From NCBI GenBank assembly GCA_030390025.1, contig CM059425.1, forward strand, positions 260,400,001 to 260,464,000: a stretch of 64,000 bases of DNA, given 5' to 3'. Made by a program: the position numbers and the translations under genes. The notes beneath the pieces were generated by a model. It was not told where the DNA came from. It made no database searches and worked only from the letters and a program-made list of their open reading frames with translations. Numbering within the stretch: position 1 is the first letter of the stretch; each line of letters begins with the position of its first letter. This document shows positions 11,783 through 23,970 of the stretch, piece by piece. This stretch comes from Squalus acanthias (taxonomy: Eukaryota).

Positions 11783-12645
11783 CTCTTTTGCTCCCTCCCC
11801 AGTCAGCTCAATGTCTGCACAGTGCCCCCATGTCTGGGAGCAACTGGCCTGCGCAGAAGCCTTGAAGTCAGACATAAGTTCTTCAGCACCTGCCACACCA
11901 CCCCCTGTAGACGTCTGCAACTTGAAACAACTATGGAAGGCACCAAACACTTGTAGAATTGCAGCGACAGTCAGAAGGAATCATCCAGCCACTGACCTGA
12001 AGGTAGTTGATGATCCTTTGAATCGTGCTGGTGGGGGGTCCTTCCTGCTGCTTAAAGCGCGTTCAGCTGTGCGCGCTTAATAGAGGGCGTTGGCTCGAGG
12101 GTGGAGCTTCAGAACGGCAGCGCTGACATCAGTATGGTCTGTCTGCTCTGCATACTTCCGGCGGACCTTAGCTGCGCACGGGCTGACGCCTTCACCAAGT
12201 TGGCCTCCGGCGTCATTCATGGCAGAAGTGTGCGCGTCTGCAGCAGACGCCATTTTGGTCCCCGAACTGCCCTCATAGCGCCCAAACCACGGGAGCTACT
12301 GAGCCCAATTTCCTGCCCCATGTCTTTACATTTAGTGTTGCAACTGGGCTAAATAGAAGGAAGGAGTTAATTATTTCTTGGAAAGCCCTTGGGTAAAAAA
12401 ACAGAAGTGGGTGGAGTCAGTCACCACATCACCAGTTTCAGACTTGCTGCACGCAAATAGATAAAAAAACAATCATTTGAAAATGTTCAAATTGATTTAA
12501 AACTAGACATCATCCTGGAACTGAACCATGTGATTCTCCAAAGCCCACATTTAAACCTTCATTTAACAGTGGTACAGTGTATTCTGTGGAGTTACAAATC
12601 TTACAATCAATTTAACTTCAAATAAAACTTGCTCCATGATCATCA

Positions 12646-13984
12646 GTCAATGATTCAATTTAATCCAGCACATCCAGGCTGAATTCATTGTTTTCAGTTA
12701 CTTAACAATACAACAAACCGATTGAGACAAAGCAGGACTTCCTTAAATTGGTGTATGGGAGGGGTGCAGCGACACAGAGTACAGGGGGAGGGTGCGCTGG
12801 GGAACCAGGCGAGAGTCACAGTCCCATTCTTGGTTCCTGAACCATTACAACCACCTCTCTCTCTGCTGATTCCAACCCTGCAACCCCCATTCCACATTCC
12901 TTCCCACCATCTTTCCACCACTCACATTTCTGCTTCTCACTGAGCAGCTCATCCTCAGTTTTGAGACGGTCTCTTTCTGCAAACTTTAACAGCTTCTGAG
13001 CAAGTTTCTGCTGCTGCTTGTTGCTCAACAATCTTATCTTTAAGTTCCTGGATTTCACTCTCCATTGCTTGCACCTCTAACTGTTTCTGTATCAGCTTCT
13101 CGTTCTTTGCACTTTCCTTTTAGTTCTTTCAGAGTCTTCTCGTCCTGTTTGTTTAATTTCTTTTACACTCCTTTCTGAGACCCCCAAACAGCCTGGGTTA
13201 CAACCTTAGCCCCTGCGAGCAATCCTTGTACCGTAACCTCGGTCCTGGCCTCTGTCGGGGTGTGTGGAAAGTCAGCTTTCGGCATCTGGGCTCATTGACT
13301 CAAAGGATCTGCCTCTCCCAGCAGGACACTAACCTTTAAAGATGTCCCGCCATGTCTCTCCGATTATGCATCGATATATTTTCCTGTGAGATTACTGTCC
13401 TCTCTTCAGAATACAAAAGATGTCAAGCGAGACGCTGTAGTTGTTATCTAACTTTAAAGAATTTAATTTGACCCACAGTTTGTACCAGAAAGAAAGCAAT
13501 AACTTTTCATACAACCTTTTCCTTTTCTAGCGAGTGCAACTCAGGACAAAGAATTGATCGGATTCCTTGTCTCGGGCAGAAAACAAATCTTCCTTTCCTT
13601 TGGCGTCTTGTTCCAATGTCTTACGTGGTTCTCTTGAAAAACCCCGTGTAGAATGAACTGTTTTATGTGGTTTCCTCTCCAAAATCTGCTGCTTAATTAT
13701 CAAAGGATCTCTTAACAGTTTGCAGACCTTGCTTCCTTATCTCTGCAACCGTCCGCATTGTTTCTTCCCGTCAGTTACCTCAGGTATAATCTTACCAAGG
13801 CTCCGTTTCATCCTGGCTAACACAGACGTATCTCTCACTCAGCATCCTGGACAATATGCATCCTGACTTCAGTCAATGTGACAGCGGAGTTCTTGACCAA
13901 GAAAGCAAAGGCTTCACCACAAGTCCATTATTTTAGTCTTCCTTAAAACATGTATCAAAAGTCCTCCACACCAGATCCTCCACA
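12646..13984 (-). mobile_element. Probable LTR-retroelement remnant (LTR about 13385-13984 plus leader/gag-like fragment); partial copies at 5224-6160 and 40420-41025
   Basis: TG start on the minus strand at 13984, ATTAAA, CA end, then a degenerate Lys/Gln-rich ORF; family not identified. Confidence 0.35.
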
Positions 13985-14242
13985 TTTCAACAAAACCAAC
14001 AACTTGTTTTCACACAGCACCTTTAATTTCCCACATTACAACAGTGACTCCGCTTTAAAAGTACTTCATTGGCTGTAAAGCACTTTGAAACGTCCGGTGG
14101 TCGTGAAAGGTGCTATATAAACACAAGTCTTTCTTTCTTTCTTAATGTAGTAAAATGTCCCAAGGTGCTTCACAGGAGTATTAAAAGAGAAAACTTTGAC
14201 ACCGAGCCACATAAGGAGATATTAGGGCAGGTGACCAGATGA

Positions 14243-15085
14243 CGGAGTGCAGATCGGAACAGAGTGTTAAGCTGCGAGTTTGGTTTGGGCAGGGCTAAGC
14301 AAGCTCTGTGCTGGAGAGCAGGTGAGAGTAATTAATTAATTAAGTGGTCTAATCTGGTTCTGTAACTGCCAGAGAGCTCACTTATTTAAATCTCAGCAGT
14401 ATAAATAAGGGAGGCTAGAGTGCAGTTTGTCACGGAGTGCAGATCGGAACAGAGTGTTAAGCTGCGAGTTTGGTGAGTGAGGGAGTAAATCTGAAAGGTT
14501 AATCTTTTATTTTTAGAAATTCTAGTCTTGTGTGCTTACAATTAGCATTTAAATTTACTGTTTCAAGTTTTAAGTTTCTTCCAGGCTTGCGCAGGGCTAA
14601 GCAAGCTCTGTGCTGGAGAGCAGGTGAGAGTAATTAATTAATTAAGTGGTCTAATCTGGTTCTGTAATTGCCAGAGAGCTCACTTATTTAAATCTCAGTA
14701 GTATAAGTAAGGGAGTCTAGACTGCAGTTTGTCATGGAGTGCAGATCGGAACAGAGTGTTAAGCTGCGAGTTTGGTGAGTGAGGGAGTAAATCTTAAAGG
14801 TTAATCTCTTATTTTTAGAAATTCTAGTCTTGTGTGCTTACAATTAGCATTTAAATTTACTGTTTCAAGTTTTAAGTTTCTTCCAGGCTTGCGCAGGGCG
14901 AAGCAAGCTCTGTGCTGGAGAGCAGGTGAGAGTAATTAATTAATTAAGTGGTCTAATCTGGTTCTGTAATTGCCAGAGAGCTCACTTATTTAAATCTCAG
15001 TAGTATAAGTAAGGGAGTCTAGACTGCAGTTTGTCATGGAGTGCAGATCGGAACAGAGTGTTAAGCTGCGAGTTTGGTGAGTGAG
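14243..15085 (+). repeat. About 302-bp tandem repeats in a CR1 5' UTR
   Basis: ggagtgcagatcggaacagagtgttaagctgcgagtttggt at about 14244, 14434, 14736 and 15038. Confidence 0.9.
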
Positions 15086-16658
15086 GGAGTTCGGTGAGGG
15101 AGGTGTTCCTTTCTTTTTCCATCTTTGTCAGCTTCCAGGAGAGCAGGAGCTAAAAAGCTGCACAAGAGGGGACAGAGAACCAGCGGTGAGTATTTCTACA
15201 GTATTTCTACATTCCAGTCATTAAAGTAAAAGTAAGGTCTCTAGTTTAGAGTAAGTAGTGTTTAAAGGGAAGTAAGATCCCAAGATATTTAATATTGTTT
15301 AATTTAAAGGGAGCAAATTAAGGATAGGACATGGCAGGGCAGCTCGGCAGCGTGGAGTGCTCCTCCTGTGCTATGTTGGAAGTCAGGGACACTATAGGTG
15401 TCCAAGGTGAACACATGTGCAGGAAGTGTCTCCAGCTGCAGCTACTCGAAATCCGCATTTCGGAGCTGGAGCTGCGACTGGAGTCACTGTGCAGCATCCG
15501 CGAAGCTGAGATCTTCATGGATAGCATGTTTAACAAGGTGGTCACACCGCAAGTAAAGAGTGCACAGGCAGACAGGGAATGGGTGACCACCAGACAGAGT
15601 AAAAGAACTAGGAACTAGGAACTAGGAAGCCCCCTGGGTCAATCTCCCTCTCCGACAGATTTTCCGTTTTGGATACTGATGGGGGAGATGGTTTCTCAGG
15701 GGAATGCAGCAAGAGCCAAGTCCATGGCACTACGAGTGGCTCAGCTGCACAGGACGGGAGGAAAAAGAGTGGGAGAGCAATAGTGATAGGGGATTCTATC
15801 ATAAGGGGAACAGATAGACGTTTCTGTGGCCGCAGACGTGACTCCAGGATAGTATGTTGCCTCCCTGGTGCCAGGGTCAAGGATGTCACTGAACGGCTGC
15901 AGGGCATTCTGAAGGGGGTGGGCGAACAGTCAGAGGTCGTGGTTCACATTGGCACCAACGACATGGGTAGAAAGAGGGATGAGGTCATGCAACAAGAATT
16001 TAGGGAGCTAGGTAGCAGATTAAAAAGCAGGACCTCAAAGGTTGTAATCTCTGGATTATTCCCGGTGCCACGTGCTAGTGAGTATAGGAATAAAAGGATA
16101 GAGCAGATGAATGCGTGGCTAAAGAGTTGGTGCAGGAGGGAGGGCTTTAGTTTCCTGGATCACTGGGTCGGCTTCTGGGGAAGGTGGGACCTGTACAAGT
16201 CGGACGGGTTGCACCTGAACCGAAACGGGACCAACATCCTTGCGGGGAGGTTTGCTAGTACTGTTGGGAGGGGGGGTTAAACTAACTTGGCAGGGGGATG
16301 GGATACGGAGTGGAGCTATAGTAGGGGGTGATGCACAGCCAAATACAGAGGAAAAAACAAGTCAGCCTGGAAGGCAGAGCAAATATGTAACAGCACAAAG
16401 GAGTATGGCAAGGCTGGATGGCATTTATTTTAATGCAAGGAGTCTTGCGAGTAAGGCAGATGAATTGAAGGTGTTGATGAACACATGGGAGTATGATATT
16501 GTTGCTATCACAGAGACATGATTGAGGGAGGGGCAGGACTGGCAGCTCAATATTCCGGGGTATAGAATCTTCAGGCGAGACAGAAGTGGGTGTAAAAGAG
16601 GAGGGGGTGTTGCAATATTAATCAAGGAGTCAATTACTGCTGTAAGGAGGGATAATAT

Positions 16659-19600
16659 ACATAGATACATAGATACATAGAAGATAGGAGCAGGAGTAGG
16701 CCATCCGGCCCTTCGAGCCTGCTCCGCCATTTAATGAGATCATGGCTGATCCTCCAATTCAGTATCCCGTCCCCGCCTTCTCTCCGTAACCCTTAACCCC
16801 TTTTGCCTGTAGAAATATATCTAATTCCCTCTTAAATATATTTAATGAGCTGGCGTACACTGCCCTCTGTGGCAATGAGTTCCACAGGTTCACCACCCTC
16901 TGAGTGAAGAAATTCCCCCTCATTTCTGTCCTAAATGGTTTAGCCCTTATCCTTAAATTATGTCCTCTAGTTCTGTTCTCACCCGCCAAGGGAAACATTC
17001 CTTCTGCATCTAGTCTGTCTAGACCTGTCAGAATTTTATACACTTCTATGAGGTCCCCTCTCAATCTTCTAAACTCCAGTGTGTACATCCCTAAACTACA
17101 TAGTCTCTCCTCATAGGTCAATCCCGCCATTCCTGGTATCAGCCTGGTGAATCGCCGCTGCACCCCCTCCATGGCAAGAACATCTTTCCTCAGATGAGGC
17201 GACCAAAACTGTACACAGTACTCGAGGTGTGGTCTCACCAGTGCCCTGTACAGCTGCAGCAAGCTAACCCTGTTCCTGTATTCCAACCCTTTTGCTATGA
17301 AGGCCAGCATACCGTTTGCCTTCTTGATCGCCTGTTGCACCTGCATGCTCGCCTTCAGTGACTGGTGTACAAGAACACCCAGGTCTCTCTGTACTTCCCC
17401 CTCTCCCAATTTATTGCCATTTAAATAATAATTTGCCCTCCCGTTCCTGCACCCAAGGTGGATAACTTCGCACTTGTCCACATTATAGTGCATCTGCCAT
17501 TTATCCGCCCAATCACCCAGTCTGTCCAAATCGCTCTGGAGCTTCCTGGTCTCCTCTTCTGAGCCCACCCCCCCTCCTAGTTTAGTGTCGTCTGCAAATT
17601 TGGAAATGCTGCATCCGACTCCCTGATCCAGGTCATTAATGTAAATTGTGAACAGCTGGGGACCCAGGACAGATCCCTGTGGTACCCCACTTGTTACTGC
17701 CTGCCATTCAGAAAATGAACCGTTTATTCCAACTCTCTGTTTTCTATCTGACAGCCAGTTCTCTATCCACGTCAATACTTTCCCCTTTATCCCATGAGCT
17801 TCAATTTTCCATGCTAATCTTTTATGTGGGACCTTGTCGAAGGCCTTTTGGAAGTCCAGGTACACCACATCTACTGGCTCACCCCCATCTATTTTACCAG
17901 TTACTCCCTCAAAAAATTCCAATAGATTAGTCAAGCACGATTTACCCTTTGTAAATCCATGTTGACTCTGTCCTATCCTGTCCCCATTTGCTAAGTGCTC
18001 CGCTATTTCATCCTTAATGATGGACTCCAGCATTTTGCCCACAACTGATGTAAGGCTTACAGGTCTGTAATTACCTGCTTTTTCCCTACCCCCCTTTTTG
18101 AATAGTGGGGTAACGTTAGCTACCCTCCAATCCATGGGCACTGTTCCCGAGTCTAATGAATTCTGAAAAATCATACTTAGTGCATCCGCTATCTCTGGGG
18201 CCACCTCCTTCAGTACCCTAGGATGCATGTTATCAGGCCCTGGGGATTTGTCCGCCTTCAATCCCTTTAGCTTCCTTAACACCATATCCTTAGAGATATT
18301 GATTTGCGTCAGTTCCTCCTTTGCCAATGTCCCTATTTTTCCCGATATCCCAGGGAGGTTTTTTGTGTTTTCCTTCGTAAAGACTGACCCAAAGTATGCA
18401 TTTAGTTGGTCTGCCATTTCCTTATTTCCCGTTATATATTCCCCCGTATCTGACTGCAATGGACCAACTTTGGTTTTCACCAGTCTTTTCCTCTTGATAT
18501 ACTTATAAAAGCTTTTGGAGTTCGTTTTTATATTTTCCGCCAGCTTGCTTTCGTAAGCTATTTTGCCCCTCTTGATTAAGCCCTTTGTCCTCCTTTGCTC
18601 TATCTTAAACTGTTCCCAATCTTCCGCTCTGGCACTTTTTTTGGCTATTTTATACACCCTATCTTTGGATTTTATGCTGTCTCTAATTTCCCCTGTTATC
18701 CACGGTTGAGTCACCTTTTTAGATTTCCTTTTATGTCAGATTGGTATAAACAATTTTTGCAATTTTGTCATTCTATCTTTAAATGCTTGCCATTGTTTAT
18801 CTACCTCCAGTCCTCCCAGGAACGTTGTCCAATCAGACCTACTCAGTTCCCGTCTAATGGCATCATAATTCCCCTTGTTTAAATTCAGGACCTTAGTCTC
18901 TGAGTCAATTTCTTTGCTCTCCATTTCGAGTGAGAAATCGATCATGTTATGATCGCTCTGACCCAAGGGTCCCCGTACAACAAGATTACTAATTAGTCCC
19001 TTCTCATTGCACAGTACCCAGTCCAATATAGCCTGTTCCCGAGTTGGTTCCTCGACATATTGATCCAGATAACCATCCCTTAAACACTCAAGGAATTCCT
19101 CCTCCTCATTATTTTTACTGATTAGGCTAGTCCAATCTATATGTAAGTTAAAGTCACCTATGATGACAGCTGTGCTCTTATTGCACGCTTCTCTAATTTC
19201 CCTCGTGATGCCCTCCCCAACCTCTATTTTACTATTTGGAGGCCTATATACCACTCCTATTAAATGTTTTTCGCCCCTCGCTATTTCTTAGCTCCACCCA
19301 TATAGATTCTGTATTAACTGAGTTAATATCCTTCCTTTCAATTGCATTTATCCCCTCTTTTACCAGCAATGCTACCCCTCCTCCCTTTCTTTTTTGTCGA
19401 TCCTTCCTAAATACTGAATACCCCTGTATGTTAAGCTCCCAGCCCTGCTCACCCTGCAACCATGTTTCCGTAATCCCAATTAGATCATAATTATTAACCT
19501 CTATTTCCACAGCTAATTCATCTACCTTGTTCCTGATGCTTCTCGCATTAAGGTATAAAACCCTCAGGCTTTTTTTATGCTCACATTTTTTATGAATTAG

Positions 19601-21368
19601 TTTGGCCCTTTGTTTTTTGTTCCTCACCCTTTTACCATTTATTTCTGTCTGCCTTTCACTTTCCTCTATTTCACTACATAGGTTTCTAGCCCCCTGCCAT
19701 ACTAGTTTAAATGCTCCCGAACTGCTTTATCAAAAATTACCCCGAGAACATCAGTTCCATCTTTGCACAGGTGTAGACCGTCCCTTTTGTATAGGTCACA
19801 CCTACCACAAAACTGGTTCCAATGCCTCAAAAATTTAAAACCCTCCCTCTTACACCACTGCTCAAGCCACGTATTTAGCCTAACTATCCTGTTCTCTGTA
19901 CTCTTACTAGCACGTGGCACTGGTAGTAATCCAGAGATTACTACCTTCAAGGTCCTACTTTTTAGCTTGGCTCCTAACTCCCTAAATTCTACTTGTAGGA
20001 CCTCTTCCCTTTTTTTAGCTACGTCGTTGGTACCAACATGTATCACGACAACTGGCTGTTCCCCCTCCCCCTCCAGAATGTTCTGCACCCGCGCCGAGAC
20101 ATCCTTGACCCTTGCACCAGGGAGGCAACATACCATCCTGGAGTCTCGGTCGCGACCACAGAAACCCCTATCTATTCCCCTTACAATCGAATCCCCTATT
20201 ACTATAGCCCTGCCACTCTTTTTCCCTCCCTTCTTTGCAACAGAGCCAGTCATGGTGCCATGAGCCTGGCTGCTGGTGCCTTCCCCCGATGAGTCATCCC
20301 CCCCGACAACAGCACCTAAGGCGGTGAACCTGTTGCTAAGGGAGACAACCCCAGGGGATTTCTGCACTACCTTCCTGCCCTTGCTCTGCCTTTTGGTCAC
20401 CCATGTACTATCTACGCTGGCCTTAACCTGCGGTGTGACCAACTCACTAAATGTGCTATCCACAACCCTCTCAGAATCGTGGATGCTCCAAAGTGAGTCC
20501 ATCCGCAGCTCAAGGGCCGTCATGCGGTCCCACATGAGCTGCAGCTGGACACACTTCCCGCACACATGGTTGTCAGGGACACAGGAAGCGTCCCTGATTT
20601 CCCACATGTTACAGGAGGAGCATGACACAGGTCCGAGCTCTACTGCCATGACTTAACCCTTATATTACTTTTTAATTTTCTAGTTTTAGTTTATTTATTG
20701 ACTTTTGTTTTCCCGAAGCTTACTTAGACCAATGTATACTGTACTCTTCTTATTCCTTTTTAAACTAACCAAATCCCACTAGTTTTAGTTTTACTTTCTA
20801 GGAAGGTTTGAGGAAAGTACTTACCAGTTAAGCCACCACCCTCCTTAAATGCCGTTCACCTGGGTGCTTCCCACCTGGTCCGCTTCCGGTCTCGTCTCTC
20901 CCGACAACAGCCTGTGAAAGAAAAGCCCGCGAAAGTGAATTCAAATACTCACAGGACCTCCGGTCTCGTCGCTCCCGACAACAGCCTGTGAAGAAAAGCC
21001 CGCGAAAGTGAGTTCAAATACTCACAGCACCTCACAGCACCTCCGGTCTCGTCGCTCCCGACAACAGCCTGTGAAGAAAAGCCCGCGAAAGTGAGTTCAA
21101 ATACTCACAGCACCTCACAGCACCTCCGGTCTCGTCGCTCCCGACAACAGCCTGTGAAGAAAAGCATGCGAAAGTGAGTTCAAATACTCACAGCACGTCA
21201 CAGCACCTCCAGTCTCGTCGCTCCCGACAACAGCCTGTGAAGAAAAGCCCGCGAAAGTGAGTTCAAATACTCACAGCACCTTGTCTCGTCGCTCCCGACA
21301 ACAGCCTGTGAAGAAAAGCCCGCGAAAGTGAGTTCAAATACTCACAGCACCTCACAGCACCTCCGGTC
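16659..21368 (-). mobile_element. Young full-length CR1 nested in the outer CR1
   Basis: Intact 315-aa ORF1 19702..20649; ORF2 in three frames (19244..19627, 18736..19254, 16759..18714 with FADD); ctatgtat tail; short TSD tat. Confidence 0.95.
20886..21368. repeat. About 6 copies of a 70-80-bp tandem repeat in a CR1 5' UTR
   Basis: gtctcgtcgctcccgacaacagcctgtgaagaaaagcccgcgaaagtgagttcaaatactcacagcacct repeated. Confidence 0.92.
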
Positions 21369-22094
21369 TATCTTAGCAGGTTCCTCTAATGAGGCCATAT
21401 GGGGAGAACTTAAAAACAAAAAGGGGGCAAGTACTTTGCTGGGAGTGTACTATAGGCCCCAAACAGTCAGCGGGAGATAGAGGAACAGATATGTAGGCAA
21501 ATTTCAGAGAAGTGTAGAAATAATAGGGTAATAATAGTAGGGGATTTCAACTTCCCCAATATTAACTGGGATAGTCAGAGTGTGAAAGGCTTAGAGGGTG
21601 CGCAATTCTTAAAGTGCATCCAGGAGAGCTTTTTGAGCCAGCATGTAGAAAGTCCATCAAGAGAGGGGGCGGTACTGGACCTAATTCTAGGGAATGTAGC
21701 CGGGCAAGTGGTAGAAGTGTTAGTAGGAGAGCATTTTGGTGACAGTGACCATAATTCGGTGAGATTTAAGGTAGTCATGGAAAAGGACAAAGATGGACCG
21801 GAAATAAAGGTTCTAAATTGGGGGAAGGCCGATTTTAATATGATAAGGCAGGATCTGGCCAAAGTGGACTGGGATCAGCTTTTTGTAGGAAAATCCACAT
21901 CAGAGCAGTGGGAGTCTTTCAGAAAGGAAATAGAGAGAGTACAACGGCAGCATGTTCCCGTAAAGGTCAAGGGTGGGACCAACAAGTCCAGGGAACCCTG
22001 GGTGTCAAGGGATATACGAGAATGGATTAGGAAAAAAAGGAAGGCTTTTGGCAGATACAAAGGACTAAAAACAGTGGAAGCCCTAGAGGAGTAT

Positions 22095-23970
22095 TAATCA
22101 TGGGAAACATGGAGATGACAAAAATGCTGAACAAATATTTTGTTTCAGTCTTTACGGTAGAGGACACTAAGAATATCCCAACACTGGACAAACAGGGGGC
22201 TCTAGTGGGGGAGGAGCTAAATACGATTAAAATCACTAAGGAATTGGTACTCAGTAAAATAATGGGACTCAAGGCGGATAAATCCCCTGGACCTGATGGC
22301 TTACATCCTAGGGTCTTGAGGGAAGTGGTAGTAGGAATTGTGGATGCTTTGGTAATAATTTTCCAAAACTCCCTGAACTCAGCAAAGGTCCCAGCAGATT
22401 GGAAAACTGCTAATGTAACACCCTTATTTAAAAAGGGTTGTAGGCAGAAGGCTGGAAATTATAGACCAGTTAGCCTAACATCTGTGGTGGGTAAAATTTT
22501 GGAGTCCATTATTAAGGAGACAGTAACGGAACATTTAGATAAACATAATTTAATAGGACAAAGTCAGCATGGCTTTATGAAGGGGAAGTCATGTCTGACA
22601 AATTTGCTCGAGTTCTTTGAGGACATAACGTACAGGGTGGATAAAGGGGAACCAGTGGATGTAGTGTATTTAGACTTCCAGAAGGCATTCGACAAGGTGC
22701 CACATAAAAGATTATTACTTAAGATAAAAAATCACTGGATTGGGGGTAATATTCTGGCATGGGTGGAGGATTGGTTATCTAACAGGAAGCAGAGAGTTGG
22801 GATAAATGGTTCATTCTCGGACTGGCAACCAGTAGCCAGTGGTGTTCCGCAGGGGTCGGTGCTGGGTCCCCAACTTTTTACAATCTATATTAACGATTTG
22901 GAGGAGGGGACCGAGTGTAACATATCAAAGTTTGCAGATGATACAAAGATGGGAGGGAAAGTAGAGAGTGAGGAGGACATAAAAAACCTACAAGGGGATA
23001 TAGACAGGCTGGGTGAGTGGGCGGAGATTTGGCAGATGCAATACAATATTGGAAAATGTGAGGTTATGCACTTTGGCAGGAAAAATCAGAGAGCAAGTTA
23101 TTATCTTAATGGCGAGAAACTGGAAAGTACTGGAGTACAAAGGAATCTGGGGGTCTTAGTGCAAGAAAATCAAAAAGTTAGTATGCAGGTGCAGCAGGTG
23201 ATCAAGAAAGCCAATGGAATGTTGGCTTTTATTGCTAGGGGGATAGAATATAAAAACAGGGAGGTATTGCTGCAGTTGTATAGGGTATTGGTGAGACCGC
23301 ACCTGGAGTACTGCATACAGTTTTGGTGTCCATACTTAAGAAAAGACATACTTGCTCTCGAGGCAGTACAAAGAAGGTTCACTCGGTTAATTCCGGGGAT
23401 GAGGGGGTGGACATATGAGGAGAGGTTGAGTAGATTGGGACTCTACTCATTGGAGTTCAGAAGAATGAGAGGCGATCTTATTGAAACATATAAGATTGTG
23501 AAGGGGTTGGATCGGGTGGACGCGGTGAGGATGCTCCCAATGATGGGTGAAACTAGAACTAGGGGACATAATCTTAGAATAAGGGGCTGCTTTTTCAAAA
23601 CTGAGATGAGGAGAAACTTTTTCACTCAGAGGGTAGTGGGTCTGTGGAATTTGCTACCCCAGGAAGCCGTGGAAGCTACTTCATTAAATAAATTTAAAAC
23701 AGAAATAGACCGTTTCCAAGAAGTAAAGGGAATTAGGGGTTACGGGGAGCGGGCTGGAAATTGGACGTGAGTTTGAGTTCGGATCGGTCAAGGCCCTGTG
23801 GGTGGCAGAGCGGGCCCAGTGGCCGAGTGGCCGGGTCCTGCTCCTACTTCTTGTGTTCTTTAGAGTTGAGGTTGGATCAGATCAGCCATGATCTCATTGA
23901 ATGGCGGAGCAGGCTCGAGGGGCCGATTGGTCTACTCCTGCTCCTATTTCTTATGTTCTTATGTTCTTAT
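22095..23970 (+). mobile_element. 5'-truncated CR1 (same family as 1-4580) nested in the outer CR1
   Basis: Open 556-aa RT 22100..23770; TSD gtat at 22091-22094 and 23971-23974; ttcttatg tail. Confidence 0.95.

Larger units (their letters stand above)
4581..12645. repeat. Tandem duplication unit A
   Basis: 4581-5830 matches 39781-41025; 5224-6160 matches 12646-13579; 6161-12645 matches 26194-36086 apart from TE indels. Confidence 0.9.

Noticed and set aside
11502-12352. ORFs 11502..12080, 11756..11950 and 12101..12352 as extra exons or genes
   Set aside because: No recognisable domain; the longest is broken in the paralog; the true leader is 11619-11571; the region looks like promoter plus a decayed transposon
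20886-21368. Regular repeats resembling a CRISPR array
   Set aside because: No unique spacers; a eukaryotic LINE 5' UTR tandem array
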